64,000 nucleotides of DNA from Candidatus Brachythrix odensensis (GTDB taxonomy: Bacteria; Chloroflexota; Anaerolineae; J036; Brachytrichaceae): assembly GCA_016714465.1 (NCBI GenBank), contig JADKDT010000005.1:58186-122185 (forward strand), in the 5' to 3' direction. Position numbers and translations under genes: made by a program. Shown here piece by piece: positions 1 to 9,007 of this stretch (its first letter is position 1; the number at the start of each line of letters is the position of its first letter). The notes below the pieces were generated by a model. The model did not search any database. It was given only the letters and a program-made list of their open reading frames with translations, and was not told the origin of the DNA.

Positions 1-3000
1 CGCTCTTCGCGCCCGCGCCCCTTCCCTGGTTGGCCCGCGCCGAGGCGCACGCGAGAGAGCCGATCATGGCCCTGGCCCCACCCGCCGCACCCGGCGGCAG
101 CGTCGACTGGTCACCCGCCCTGCCCTCCGGACTGATCGGGCAACCCATCACCCTGACCGCCCGGGTGACGAACGCGGGATCGGCGACCGATACCTATCTG
201 CTCACCCTCGCCGAATCCTCGGGCGCCATGAGCGCCTTCACCCCCTCCCTGGCCGCCGGCGCAGCCATCGCTTACAGCTTTGTCCTGACCCCGGCCGGCC
301 AGGGCATCCATCCCGTCACCGCCACGCTCAGCAGTTCAACATACGGGCCGGCCATGACGGCGGTCGCCAGCGTATCGGCCCTCCCCCGGCTGGTCGACCT
401 GCTGACCGTCGCCGGCACGCCCGACTACGTGCTCGGCGCCGTCACCAGCGCCTTTACGGCAACCCTGTGGAATCGCTCGCCGACCGAGCAGCCCTACACC
501 GTCCGGGTTAGCGTGACGACCGCGTCGAACACGAACCTTTACAGCCAGACGTTCACCGGCACGATCCCGCCTGGGGTCAGCGCGGTCGGCGCGGGGAGCC
601 GGCTGTTTGTCGAGAATGAGCCGGGCGAATATCGCCTGATCGCCCGTCTGATCGGCGCCGATCAGACCGTCACCAATACGGTCTCGGTCAACACCCTGAT
701 CAAGGGCCAGGTTCAGACCCGCCACGACGCGCTGACCCCGACCAACACCATCAAGCGCCCGGATGCGGCCGAGGCCCTCACCGCCCAGGCCGTCCTGCCG
801 ATCGTTCCGCCCGGTGACGTGACCGTGACGACCGTGCTGACCAGCGAACGGGCCTTCTCGCCCGACGAGTTCGCCGGGGTGGGCGTGCCGATGTCGGGCG
901 GGCTGCAGATCACCTTCACCCTCACCCCCCAGGCGAACATGGGGGCCGCAGTCGGCGTCGCGCAGATCTACACCGTCCCGCCGGGGCTCTACGACATCCA
1001 GATCATCTCGGGCGCTGTCCGGCCGGGCAGCTCGCGCTACTGGTTCTCGCCGCTGGTGGCCGACAACTACAGCGGCACGACCAACCTGAAGCGCTACATC
1101 CTCGGCCTGGGCGAGGACTACATGACCGGCGGGCACGCCTCGTTCGAGACTGCCAACGCCTACGTGTATGGCGGGCTCAGGAGCTTCAACCGGGTCCGGG
1201 TCGCCAACGCCAGCCAGATGCGCTTCTGGATCTACGATGGCGGCACGCCCCTGCCCCTGCTGGGGCCGGAGCCGGCCGGGCCGCCGGCGAAGCGCGCGCT
1301 TCCATATGAACTTCCCCCGCTGGACGACAAGCCCGCCGAGGCGCCGCCACCCGAGGAGGCGGTGGCCGAGCTTCCCCTGGACCCGGTGACGGCCTCCCAG
1401 CGCGAGCCGCCACCCCTTCCAGCGCTCGACCCAACCGTTGAAGATCTCGAGGCCCTCAAGGCCGCCGAGGCCGCTTCACTTCGGATGGCGCCGATCGAGG
1501 ACTCGCCGGACATCCAGGCGCCCGCCGCGCCCCTGGTCAACGTCGTCCTTGTCCAAACCCTCATCGACGATCTCACCGACCAGCCGGTCAAGAGCAGCGC
1601 CGGCACGTTGACGGTTTACAACAGCGCCGGGACCAGCATGGGGGCCAAGGCCTTCACCACCAATGCGAATGGCGTCTTTACCGTCACCTATACCAACCTG
1701 ACCACTCAGAGCGTGCGCTTCAATTACTCCGCGCTCGGGCTGTATCTCAACCAGTACCACGACCGGGTCTTCGCCCTCGCCAGCGCTACGCCGGTCACCG
1801 TGCAGGTCGACGGCGCGAACACCCAGACCGTGCGCCTGACGCCCCGCACGCGGCTCGTGGCGACGGTCACCGACGCCGAGACCGGCGGGCCGGCCTTCGG
1901 CGCGGCAGGCTCGCTATCGGTCTTCTCCGGCACCACCCTCATCGACTTCAAGGCGTTCTCCGTTGACGCCAGCGGGGTCTACACCGTGGTGATGACGCCC
2001 ACCCTGGCCATCAGCCGGGTGGTCGTGCTGCGCCACTCGGGGACGATCACCTGGCCGACCCAGTATGTCGACCAGTCCCTGTCGATCAGCGGAGCCCTCT
2101 CGATCCCGCTGGTCTCCGGCGACAACACGGCCGCCTTCACCCTCGCCCGCGGGGTGCAGCTCGTGCACACCCTGAGCGATGCCGCCACCGGCGCCCCGGC
2201 CAGCGGCGTGACCGGCACCCTGGGCATCTACAGCAACACCACCCTGCTGCAAAGCCGGACCTTTGCCGCCGACGCAAACGGGGCGATCACGCTGGCTTTC
2301 AGCAGCGCCGTCACCCAGAACCTGCGTTTCAGGTACTCGGGCATGCCCGGGTTCATCGATCAGTACTATGACCAGAAGATCGCAATTGGCCAGGCGATCA
2401 GCCTGCCCGTGGCCTTTGGCTACAACTCCCTGGCTGTGGCCCTCACCCCGCGCATTCGACTGAAGATCAGCCTGGTCGACGATTTCACCGGCCTGCCCAT
2501 CACCAACAGCGTCGGCACCCTCGCCGCTTACACCGGCACCGCCCAACTCGACAGCGAGCCCTTCACCACCAATGGCAATGGCCAGTACACCGCCACCTTT
2601 GGCGCGACGATCTGGTTCTCGGGCTTCACCAAACTCCTGCACACAGGCCTGGTGAACTACGCCGACCAGTTCTTCGACCGTTCGCCATCGTTCAGCGCGG
2701 CAACCTATTTGCCGCTGCGCCCCGGCGACAACGCCTGGGTCATTCGGATGCGTTCAAAGTCGCGGCTCAAGAACAGGCTGATCGACAGCCTCACCGGCGC
2801 GCCGATCGCGGCCCGCCCGGGCACGGTCAGCGTCTACACCAGCACCCAGCGCGCGCTGGCCGAACAGCCCGCCCAGTCCCTCGCCTTTACGACTGACGCG
2901 CAGGGCTACTACACGGTCACGTTCACGCCCTTGCTCAACCAGAGCGTCTACATCAAGCACGCCTTTACCAGCTTCGTCTATCCCACCCAGTGGGATGACC

Positions 3001-5279
3001 GCGCCCCGGTCGCCCAGCTTGCCGCCCAGCGGGTGTTCACCAGCGGGCTCAACACACTGACCACCCTGATCGCCCCGCTCACCCGCCTGCGCGGGCTGCT
3101 CATCAACGACGAGACCGGGCTGCCGATCACCAGCACCGCCACCACCGTTGACGTCTTCACCGACTTTTCGGCCTCGCCTCTCAACTCGAAGGCCGTCACC
3201 ACCGACAAGAACGGCTGGTACACCATCACCTTCGACTACGCGCTCAGCCAAACGGTCAACCTCAAGCATCGCAGCTTCACCAACTACGCCGACCAGTTCG
3301 TCGACCGGGTCCGCAATCAGGCCGAGGCGACCGACCTCGGCCTGATTGCGGGCACGACCACCCAGACCTTTCAGATCCAGCCGCGGGTCAAGCTCATCAA
3401 CCGCCTGATCGAAAACTTCACCGGCGAGCCCATCACGAACACAACGGGAAAGGTTAACCTGATCGTCAACAACGCCTGGGTCGCCCAGCAGAGTTTCACC
3501 ACCGACTGGGACGGCGTCTATACCGTCACCTATGCCTACACCACCTTTGTGAACGGCTTCGCCACGCTCCAGCACGTCAGTTTTGGCAACGGCATCCAGA
3601 ATCAGTATCTGGGCATGACGCCGTTCGTCAGTCAGGCGACAAAGATCACCCTGCATGGCGGGACGAACATCCTGTCTGAGACGCTGATCCTCCCCTTGAA
3701 ACGCCTGTTCGTGACGTTGCAGGATGAACTGAGCGGGTTGCCGATCTCCAACATCACGGGCACGATGTATCTCTATTCGACCACCCTCGGGCCGTCAAAC
3801 AACTGGAATCGGGCCTTCGATCTCCAACGCTCGGCGGCTTTCACCACCGACGCATCCGGCATGTTCACCTCGTCCATCACCAAGGTCGACGCGTTTACGA
3901 CGACCGACAGTTTCCTCCGCATTACACCGGGCCGCGACTATCTGGACCAGTACAACGACCGGGAAGGGTCGGTCTTTCGCGCCACGCCAATCACGCTGAT
4001 TGGCAACTACGGCTATGTCACGTTCCGACTCGCCCCGCGCCAGCCCATTTCGGGATTCCTGACCATTCGCCTGACCCAGGTCAAACCCATCACCGACAGC
4101 CTCTTCCAGCGGATCGAAGGCGCCATCAACCAGAGCATCCAGCGGATGGGCTTCGATGCCGGCCAGTGGGATTCCAACATCGTCGGCACACTCGATCCGA
4201 ACAAAATCAACGACACGAACAACCAGTGCTACGGCTGCCATGTGCAATCCCAGGCCCTGGTCGGGCTCATCAACACCCGGGCCAAAGTCAAGCCCAGTAC
4301 CGTCGACATGCGCCTGGTCGATTGGCTGAGCGACCGTATGGCGACCTGGCAGGCCACCAACCCGCCGGACACTCAGTATCACGGCTCGGTCAGAGAAGAT
4401 ACCTACGGCTACAACAACCAGAATGCGCTGGCCGCCTGGGCCTGGGCCGAGCACAGCCGCTGGCAGCGCGCCCACGGCACGGTTGATTCCGATCTGGCCT
4501 TCCGCCTGCGCGAGAGCGCCGACTATCAGTTGCTTCCGACCACTCAGCGCACGATCTCCAACGTCTGGAAGCTCAACACTGATTTGCTGGGGCAATGGTT
4601 CGATTCGGCCGCGCTGTATTGCGGGGCGCCGGCGGCATACAACGTTTCGCCCAACATCACCTATAACTCGATGACCGCCCTGGCCGAGGTGTTCGCGCTG
4701 ACCGGCGATCCGAAATACCGCGACGCGCTCCTGGCCGCGGCCGAGACCCTCACCCGGATCAACTGGCGCGACACCTGCCCAAGCGGCGAGCGCTATCCGG
4801 GCTTCGCCGCCCAGACCATGCTGGCATTACAGGAGGCCCAGCCCTACATCACCGACCCGGCTTTCGCCAGCCTGGTTCGCACCCACATCATTTCGTATGA
4901 GCTGGACTTGCGCAGCACCCAGCACATCTACACCGGCACGACCAACAACGATGGCGGCTGGCGCTTTGCCAACGCCGGCTCAAATCAGACCTCGGTCTCA
5001 GATGTGCTGGTCACCGCCGCCGCCACCTGGGCCCTGACCCGGCGGGGCGTGAAGCCGAACGACACCGCCGTCCAGCGCGCGGTGGCCTTCCTGCTCAGCC
5101 AGCAGAGTTCGATCGGGCGCTGGGATTCGGTCTATTACGCCAACACGACGATGGCCACCTCGTGGGTCGACATCGCTCTGCCGCTCATTTACGAGACCCT
5201 GGGCAGCCTGTATGTCGATCTCGCCCACGACACGCCAGATGCCGCAACGGTGCTGACTCAGACCGTCACGCGAGCCTGA
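1..5279 (+). CDS. Giant secreted/surface repeat protein, 5' end probably off-window: CARDB-like N-terminal beta-sandwich domains, 8 tandem ~110-aa carboxypeptidase-regulatory-like repeats, C-terminal alpha/alpha-toroid (prenyltransferase/squalene-cyclase-repeat-like) domain
   Basis: ORF track 30..5279 (1749 aa). The frame stays open back to base 3, so the TTG at 30 is probably not the true start. Motif G(T/S)LxVY..FTTDxxGxYTVTF..(Y/F)xDQ(Y/F)xDR recurs 8 times (about nt 1560-4050). The C-terminal third has DGGWRF and IGRWDS toroid-repeat signatures and one CYGCH (CxxCH) at 4227-4241. Confidence 0.75.
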   Translation, partial: LFAPAPLPWLARAEAHAREPIMALAPPAAPGGSVDWSPALPSGLIGQPITLTARVTNAGSATDTYLLTLAESSGAMSAFTPSLAAGAAIAYSFVLTPAGQGIHPVTATLSSSTYGPAMTAVASVSALPRLVDLLTVAGTPDYVLGAVTSAFTATLWNRSPTEQPYTVRVSVTTASNTNLYSQTFTGTIPPGVSAVGAGSRLFVENEPGEYRLIARLIGADQTVTNTVSVNTLIKGQVQTRHDALTPTNTIKRPDAAEALTAQAVLPIVPPGDVTVTTVLTSERAFSPDEFAGVGVPMSGGLQITFTLTPQANMGAAVGVAQIYTVPPGLYDIQIISGAVRPGSSRYWFSPLVADNYSGTTNLKRYILGLGEDYMTGGHASFETANAYVYGGLRSFNRVRVANASQMRFWIYDGGTPLPLLGPEPAGPPAKRALPYELPPLDDKPAEAPPPEEAVAELPLDPVTASQREPPPLPALDPTVEDLEALKAAEAASLRMAPIEDSPDIQAPAAPLVNVVLVQTLIDDLTDQPVKSSAGTLTVYNSAGTSMGAKAFTTNANGVFTVTYTNLTTQSVRFNYSALGLYLNQYHDRVFALASATPVTVQVDGANTQTVRLTPRTRLVATVTDAETGGPAFGAAGSLSVFSGTTLIDFKAFSVDASGVYTVVMTPTLAISRVVVLRHSGTITWPTQYVDQSLSISGALSIPLVSGDNTAAFTLARGVQLVHTLSDAATGAPASGVTGTLGIYSNTTLLQSRTFAADANGAITLAFSSAVTQNLRFRYSGMPGFIDQYYDQKIAIGQAISLPVAFGYNSLAVALTPRIRLKISLVDDFTGLPITNSVGTLAAYTGTAQLDSEPFTTNGNGQYTATFGATIWFSGFTKLLHTGLVNYADQFFDRSPSFSAATYLPLRPGDNAWVIRMRSKSRLKNRLIDSLTGAPIAARPGTVSVYTSTQRALAEQPAQSLAFTTDAQGYYTVTFTPLLNQSVYIKHAFTSFVYPTQWDDRAPVAQLAAQRVFTSGLNTLTTLIAPLTRLRGLLINDETGLPITSTATTVDVFTDFSASPLNSKAVTTDKNGWYTITFDYALSQTVNLKHRSFTNYADQFVDRVRNQAEATDLGLIAGTTTQTFQIQPRVKLINRLIENFTGEPITNTTGKVNLIVNNAWVAQQSFTTDWDGVYTVTYAYTTFVNGFATLQHVSFGNGIQNQYLGMTPFVSQATKITLHGGTNILSETLILPLKRLFVTLQDELSGLPISNITGTMYLYSTTLGPSNNWNRAFDLQRSAAFTTDASGMFTSSITKVDAFTTTDSFLRITPGRDYLDQYNDREGSVFRATPITLIGNYGYVTFRLAPRQPISGFLTIRLTQVKPITDSLFQRIEGAINQSIQRMGFDAGQWDSNIVGTLDPNKINDTNNQCYGCHVQSQALVGLINTRAKVKPSTVDMRLVDWLSDRMATWQATNPPDTQYHGSVREDTYGYNNQNALAAWAWAEHSRWQRAHGTVDSDLAFRLRESADYQLLPTTQRTISNVWKLNTDLLGQWFDSAALYCGAPAAYNVSPNITYNSMTALAEVFALTGDPKYRDALLAAAETLTRINWRDTCPSGERYPGFAAQTMLALQEAQPYITDPAFASLVRTHIISYELDLRSTQHIYTGTTNNDGGWRFANAGSNQTSVSDVLVTAAATWALTRRGVKPNDTAVQRAVAFLLSQQSSIGRWDSVYYANTTMATSWVDIALPLIYETLGSLYVDLAHDTPDAATVLTQTVTRA

Positions 5280-5596
5280 CGCCGTGTTGGATCTGCCCGG
5301 CGGCGAGGAGCGCCTGTGGGGATATCCGCAGCCCGAAGACCTCATGCTTCGGGTCATCACCTACACCAGCGAATTGCCCGCGATGCAACCGGGCGAGGGC
5401 GCGGGCTGCTCCACCCCGCACCCCAGGTGACCTACACTGTTGAGCCGGGCCAGGCTTCATCGAGCGCCCCGGCACCTATGTCCAGGCCGCCCGGCTGGTC
5501 CGAATTGAGCCTGCCCTCGTCACCGTCCGGCCCGGGGCAACCGCCCGCTTCACCCTGACCATCAACAACCCGTTCCTCGCCCAGCGCGGGTTTGAG

Positions 5597-6883
5597 TTGG
5601 CGATCAGCGGTCTCGAGCCGTATGGCGGCCTGCCCGGCCTGCTCGTCGTGGTCCCGGGTGGCAGCGCCACCCAGCGCGTCATCGAGGTGAAAGCGCCGGA
5701 GTGGATGCCGGCGCGCGCCGACGGCGTCCGGGTCAAGGCTTCGATCACCGCCGGCGGCGACGCGCTGGAGGACAATGACTTCGCAACCCTGAGCGTTGTG
5801 CGCGACTTCGACTTCGGCCTGGCCCCTGCCGCGCAGTCGGCGAACGCCGGCGAGACGGTGACCTACACCGCCGTCATCAGCGACCTGAGCGGGTTGGGCG
5901 GGAACGTTGACGTGCTTGGAATCGGCCCGCTCGGCGCGCCGGTCACCCTCGCGCTCGGCCTCAGCCTGCCTCCTTCGGGCACGGCCTCCCTGGCCTGGCC
6001 CGTCATCGGGCCGGTCGGCGGCGGCGCGTTCACTTTGCCGGTGACGACGACGAATGGGCTGATGGCGGTGGCGCGCAGCGCCCAACTCAATGTCATTGGC
6101 GGCGGGAGCCTGGGCGCGGCCCTGGCGGGCGGCGACACCTGGCCGGGTGTGCCGCTCGCCCTGAGCGCGTCGATCACCCAGGCCGGGCTGGGCCTGCCCG
6201 GCGCGGCGCTCACGCTGACGGCCCCGGCGGGCTGGGCGTATGCGCTCGAACCCGCGGCGCTGCCGCCGGGCCAGACCCAGATCAGCCTGACGGTCTGGCT
6301 CACCCCGCCGCTGGGCAGCCTGCCCAACGTCTATCCCCTGGCGCTGCAGGCCGTTCTGAACGGCGCGCCGATCGCGGCCCTGGCGCTGGCTGAAGTGCGG
6401 GTGCTCGCCCAGGGTCTGGGCGGGAGCGTGGCGCCGCTCACCCAGACCGTGCAAACGTATGAACACGTGACCTACACCGTCACCCTGAACAACCTTGGCG
6501 CGCTGCCCGACGACGTCGATGTCGCGCCACTCGGCGTCGCGGCCGCCTTCCTGAGCCCGGCGAGCCATATGCTCACGCTCGACGGCGCGGCCAGCGGCGA
6601 GGCGGTGTTCAGCGGGAATGTGCCGCCCGGCCTGAGCGGGGTGACGCCGTTGCTCTTCGTCGGCGTCTCGCGCTTCGATCCCAGCGTGCGGGTGACGCTG
6701 ACGGCTCAGATCGCGGTGATTGAAGGGGCGACCTGGACACCCACGCCGACCCAGTCGCCCACCGCAACCCCGACCCCGACACAGACGCCCACGCCAACAT
6801 CAACCGCCACAGCCACGCCGACCCCGACGTCGACGCCCGTCGTCAACGCCGGCGGGGCGTATTTGCCAATGGTGAATCGGTAG
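5597..6883 (+). CDS. Secreted CARDB/NEW3-like beta-sandwich repeat protein with Thr/Pro-rich C-terminal linker; N-terminus unresolved
   Basis: ORF track 5597..6883 (TTG start). The same frame reads protein-like sequence (VRIEPALVTVRPGATARFTLTINN) upstream to a stop at 5441-5443, with no canonical start there. Repeated GxTVTYTxxxxN-type strands. Tail is [33 protein letters not shown] followed by GGAYLPMVNR-stop. Confidence 0.65.
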   Translation: MAISGLEPYGGLPGLLVVVPGGSATQRVIEVKAPEWMPARADGVRVKASITAGGDALEDNDFATLSVVRDFDFGLAPAAQSANAGETVTYTAVISDLSGLGGNVDVLGIGPLGAPVTLALGLSLPPSGTASLAWPVIGPVGGGAFTLPVTTTNGLMAVARSAQLNVIGGGSLGAALAGGDTWPGVPLALSASITQAGLGLPGAALTLTAPAGWAYALEPAALPPGQTQISLTVWLTPPLGSLPNVYPLALQAVLNGAPIAALALAEVRVLAQGLGGSVAPLTQTVQTYEHVTYTVTLNNLGALPDDVDVAPLGVAAAFLSPASHMLTLDGAASGEAVFSGNVPPGLSGVTPLLFVGVSRFDPSVRVTLTAQIAVIEGATWTPTPTQSPTATPTPTQTPTPTSTATATPTPTSTPVVNAGGAYLPMVNR

Positions 6884-6901
6884 TCGGTTACCGATCCGGC
6901 G

Positions 6902-7906
6902 TCAGCCGAGCTTGATCGGCCGCTTCTCCTCATGGCTCTGCTTGGCCGCCACGGCCAGGGCCAGCGACGCCCGAGCGTCCTTGACCCCGACCTGCATCGG
7001 CGTGTTCTGCAGCAGGCAGTTCACAAACACCTGGATCTCATCCCGATACACGGCCTGATAGCGGTCGAGGAAATACGGCAGTGGCACCGAGTGATGCAGC
7101 CCGGCCGCGTTGCTCAGCACGGCGTTGTTCGGGTAGGTGTTGTCGATGCTGATTGCGCCCTTGCTCCCGATCACTTCGGCCCGCTGGTCATAGCCATACG
7201 CCGAGTCGGTGTGGTTGTCGATGGTGACGACCCCGCCGTTGGCGAAGCGCAGCACCATCACCGCCACGTCGACCTCGCCGAATTTCTCGAGACCCGGCGC
7301 GATCATCACCCCAGCCTGGGTGTAGATCTCGACCGCCTCGTCGTCCATCAGCCAGCGGGCCATGTCCAGATCATGAATTGCCATGTCGAACCAGATCCCG
7401 CCACCCAGCCCAACCGGCCCGACGTGGGGCGGGCCCGGGTCGCGGCTGATCAGATGCGCGATATGGGGCTTGCCGATCTCACCGCTGACGATGGCCTGCT
7501 TGATCCGGGCGAAGTTCGGGTCGAAGCGGCGCTGGAAGCCGATCTGAAACGGCACCCCGGCCCGCTCAACCGCGCCCAACGCGCGCTCCCCATCAGCGAT
7601 CGACTTGGCGATCGGCTTCTCGGAGAAGATCGCCTTGCCCGCCTTCGCGGCCGCCTCGACGATATCCGGGTGGGTGTCCGTGGCGCTGGCGACCACGACC
7701 GCATCCACGGCCGGATCGGCCAGCAACTCGTTGTAGTCGGTTGTCCAACGCACGCCGCCGTTCTGCTCCGCGCACGCTTTCGCCCCATCGGCGAACACAT
7801 CGGCCACGCCATGCAGGCGCGCCCCGTCGATGGCCCGCCACAGATGGCGGGCGTGCATGCGGCCGATCGTCCCCGCGCCAACAAGCGCGACATTCAATGT
7901 CTTCAT
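6902..7906 (-). CDS. Gfo/Idh/MocA-family NAD(P)-dependent oxidoreductase (inositol 2-dehydrogenase IolG-like)
   Basis: ORF 6902..8059 trimmed to ATG 7906 (MKTLNVALVGAGTIGRMH Rossmann motif); EKP motif (FSEKPIA); typical family C-terminal domain. Confidence 0.8.
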   Translation of the reverse strand: MKTLNVALVGAGTIGRMHARHLWRAIDGARLHGVADVFADGAKACAEQNGGVRWTTDYNELLADPAVDAVVVASATDTHPDIVEAAAKAGKAIFSEKPIAKSIADGERALGAVERAGVPFQIGFQRRFDPNFARIKQAIVSGEIGKPHIAHLISRDPGPPHVGPVGLGGGIWFDMAIHDLDMARWLMDDEAVEIYTQAGVMIAPGLEKFGEVDVAVMVLRFANGGVVTIDNHTDSAYGYDQRAEVIGSKGAISIDNTYPNNAVLSNAAGLHHSVPLPYFLDRYQAVYRDEIQVFVNCLLQNTPMQVGVKDARASLALAVAAKQSHEEKRPIKLG

Positions 7907-7916
7907 AATCGCCTTT

Positions 7917-7957
7917 TCCGAATCCATCCCCCGGCTCCGCCGGGGGATGGATTCGGA
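7917..7957. repeat. Hairpin repeat, CCCCGG-core family (copy 1)
   Basis: tccgaatccatcccccgg / ccgggggatggattcgga: 18-bp arms around a 5-nt loop, lying between two minus-strand genes. Confidence 0.7.
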
Positions 7958-7964
7958 GAACTTG

Positions 7965-8888
7965 CTAGATGCCAATCGAACGCAGATACGCCCGGTTGCG
8001 GGCGGCGCTTTCCTTGGGCGTGCCCATCCCCGGCAGCACATCCTGCTCGACCGTGACATAGCCGTTGTAGTTCCGGGTCTTCAACCAGGCCACGACCTTG
8101 TCAAACGGCACGCAGCCCTTGCCCAGCTCGCAGAAGATGCCATGCCCGACCGAGGCGTGGTAGTCCCACTCGCCCGCCCGCGATTGGGCGGCCACCGCCG
8201 GGTCGCAGTCCTTGAAGTGGATGTACCACAGGCGCGACGAGAAGCGCTCGAGCGCGTCCAAGACGCCCTGGGCAGTTGGGTTGGTTGTGCCAAAGGCGTA
8301 GTGGCCCGTGTCGAGCACCAGGCCAACCACAGCCGGATCGGTCAGCGAGAGTAACCGGGCGGTTTCCTCCGGCGTTTCGATGTAGCCGCCGGTGTGATGA
8401 TGAAAAACGCAACGCAGACCGGTTGCGGCGTTGACGGCCCGGGCGATCTTGTTGACGCCCTCAGCGTAGACAGACCACTCGGCCGGGGTCAGCATCAGCG
8501 CCGGCGTCACCCGGCCGGCGTTCTTCATCCGGGCCGGCATGTCGGCAGAATCGTCGGCGAGGACGACAAAGGGCGGGGTGGCTGGATCAGCCACCGCCGC
8601 GATCAGCTTGGCCGTGCGCAGAGCAAGTTCCTCGCCGGCCGCATGCGCCTCGCGCACCCGGAAGTTGACCGGGACAAAAGCCCCCGTCATCGTCAGCGTG
8701 CGCTTCGCCAACTCGGCCTTGAGTTCATCCGGGTTTGTGGGCATAAAGCCCCAGTCGCCCAGCTCGGTCCCGGTGTAACCGGCCTGGGTCAGCTCATCCA
8801 GCATGCGCGAAGAGGTCAACGAGCTTCCGCTCTTGTCTTCCCATTCGACATTCCCCCATGAGCAAGGGGCATTTCCAACGCGTATCAT
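7965..8888 (-). CDS. Xylose-isomerase-like TIM-barrel sugar-phosphate isomerase/epimerase (inosose dehydratase IolE-like)
   Basis: ORF 7965..8888, 307 aa. N-terminal GNAPCSWG and HHHTGGYIE / DTGH / VTVEQD metal-site motifs are typical of the family. Lies directly upstream of the IolG-like gene. Confidence 0.75.
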   Translation of the reverse strand: MIRVGNAPCSWGNVEWEDKSGSSLTSSRMLDELTQAGYTGTELGDWGFMPTNPDELKAELAKRTLTMTGAFVPVNFRVREAHAAGEELALRTAKLIAAVADPATPPFVVLADDSADMPARMKNAGRVTPALMLTPAEWSVYAEGVNKIARAVNAATGLRCVFHHHTGGYIETPEETARLLSLTDPAVVGLVLDTGHYAFGTTNPTAQGVLDALERFSSRLWYIHFKDCDPAVAAQSRAGEWDYHASVGHGIFCELGKGCVPFDKVVAWLKTRNYNGYVTVEQDVLPGMGTPKESAARNRAYLRSIGI

Positions 8889-9007
8889 GGTTCACCACCC
8901 GTTGTGTTGTGTAGGGCGCGCATGAAATGGCGCGCAGGGATGATTGTAGGCCCAACCAGGTTGTGATCGGAGGCGCCAGGTCCGCCCCGGCGCCTCCGTA
9001 TAAATCC

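Noticed and set aside
8889-9007. Leaderless promoter for the first PHP gene (TATAAA at 8999-9004)
   Set aside because: The hexamer is only 3 nt from ATG 9008, too close for a transcript that includes the start codon. The true start codon or promoter of this gene remains unresolved.
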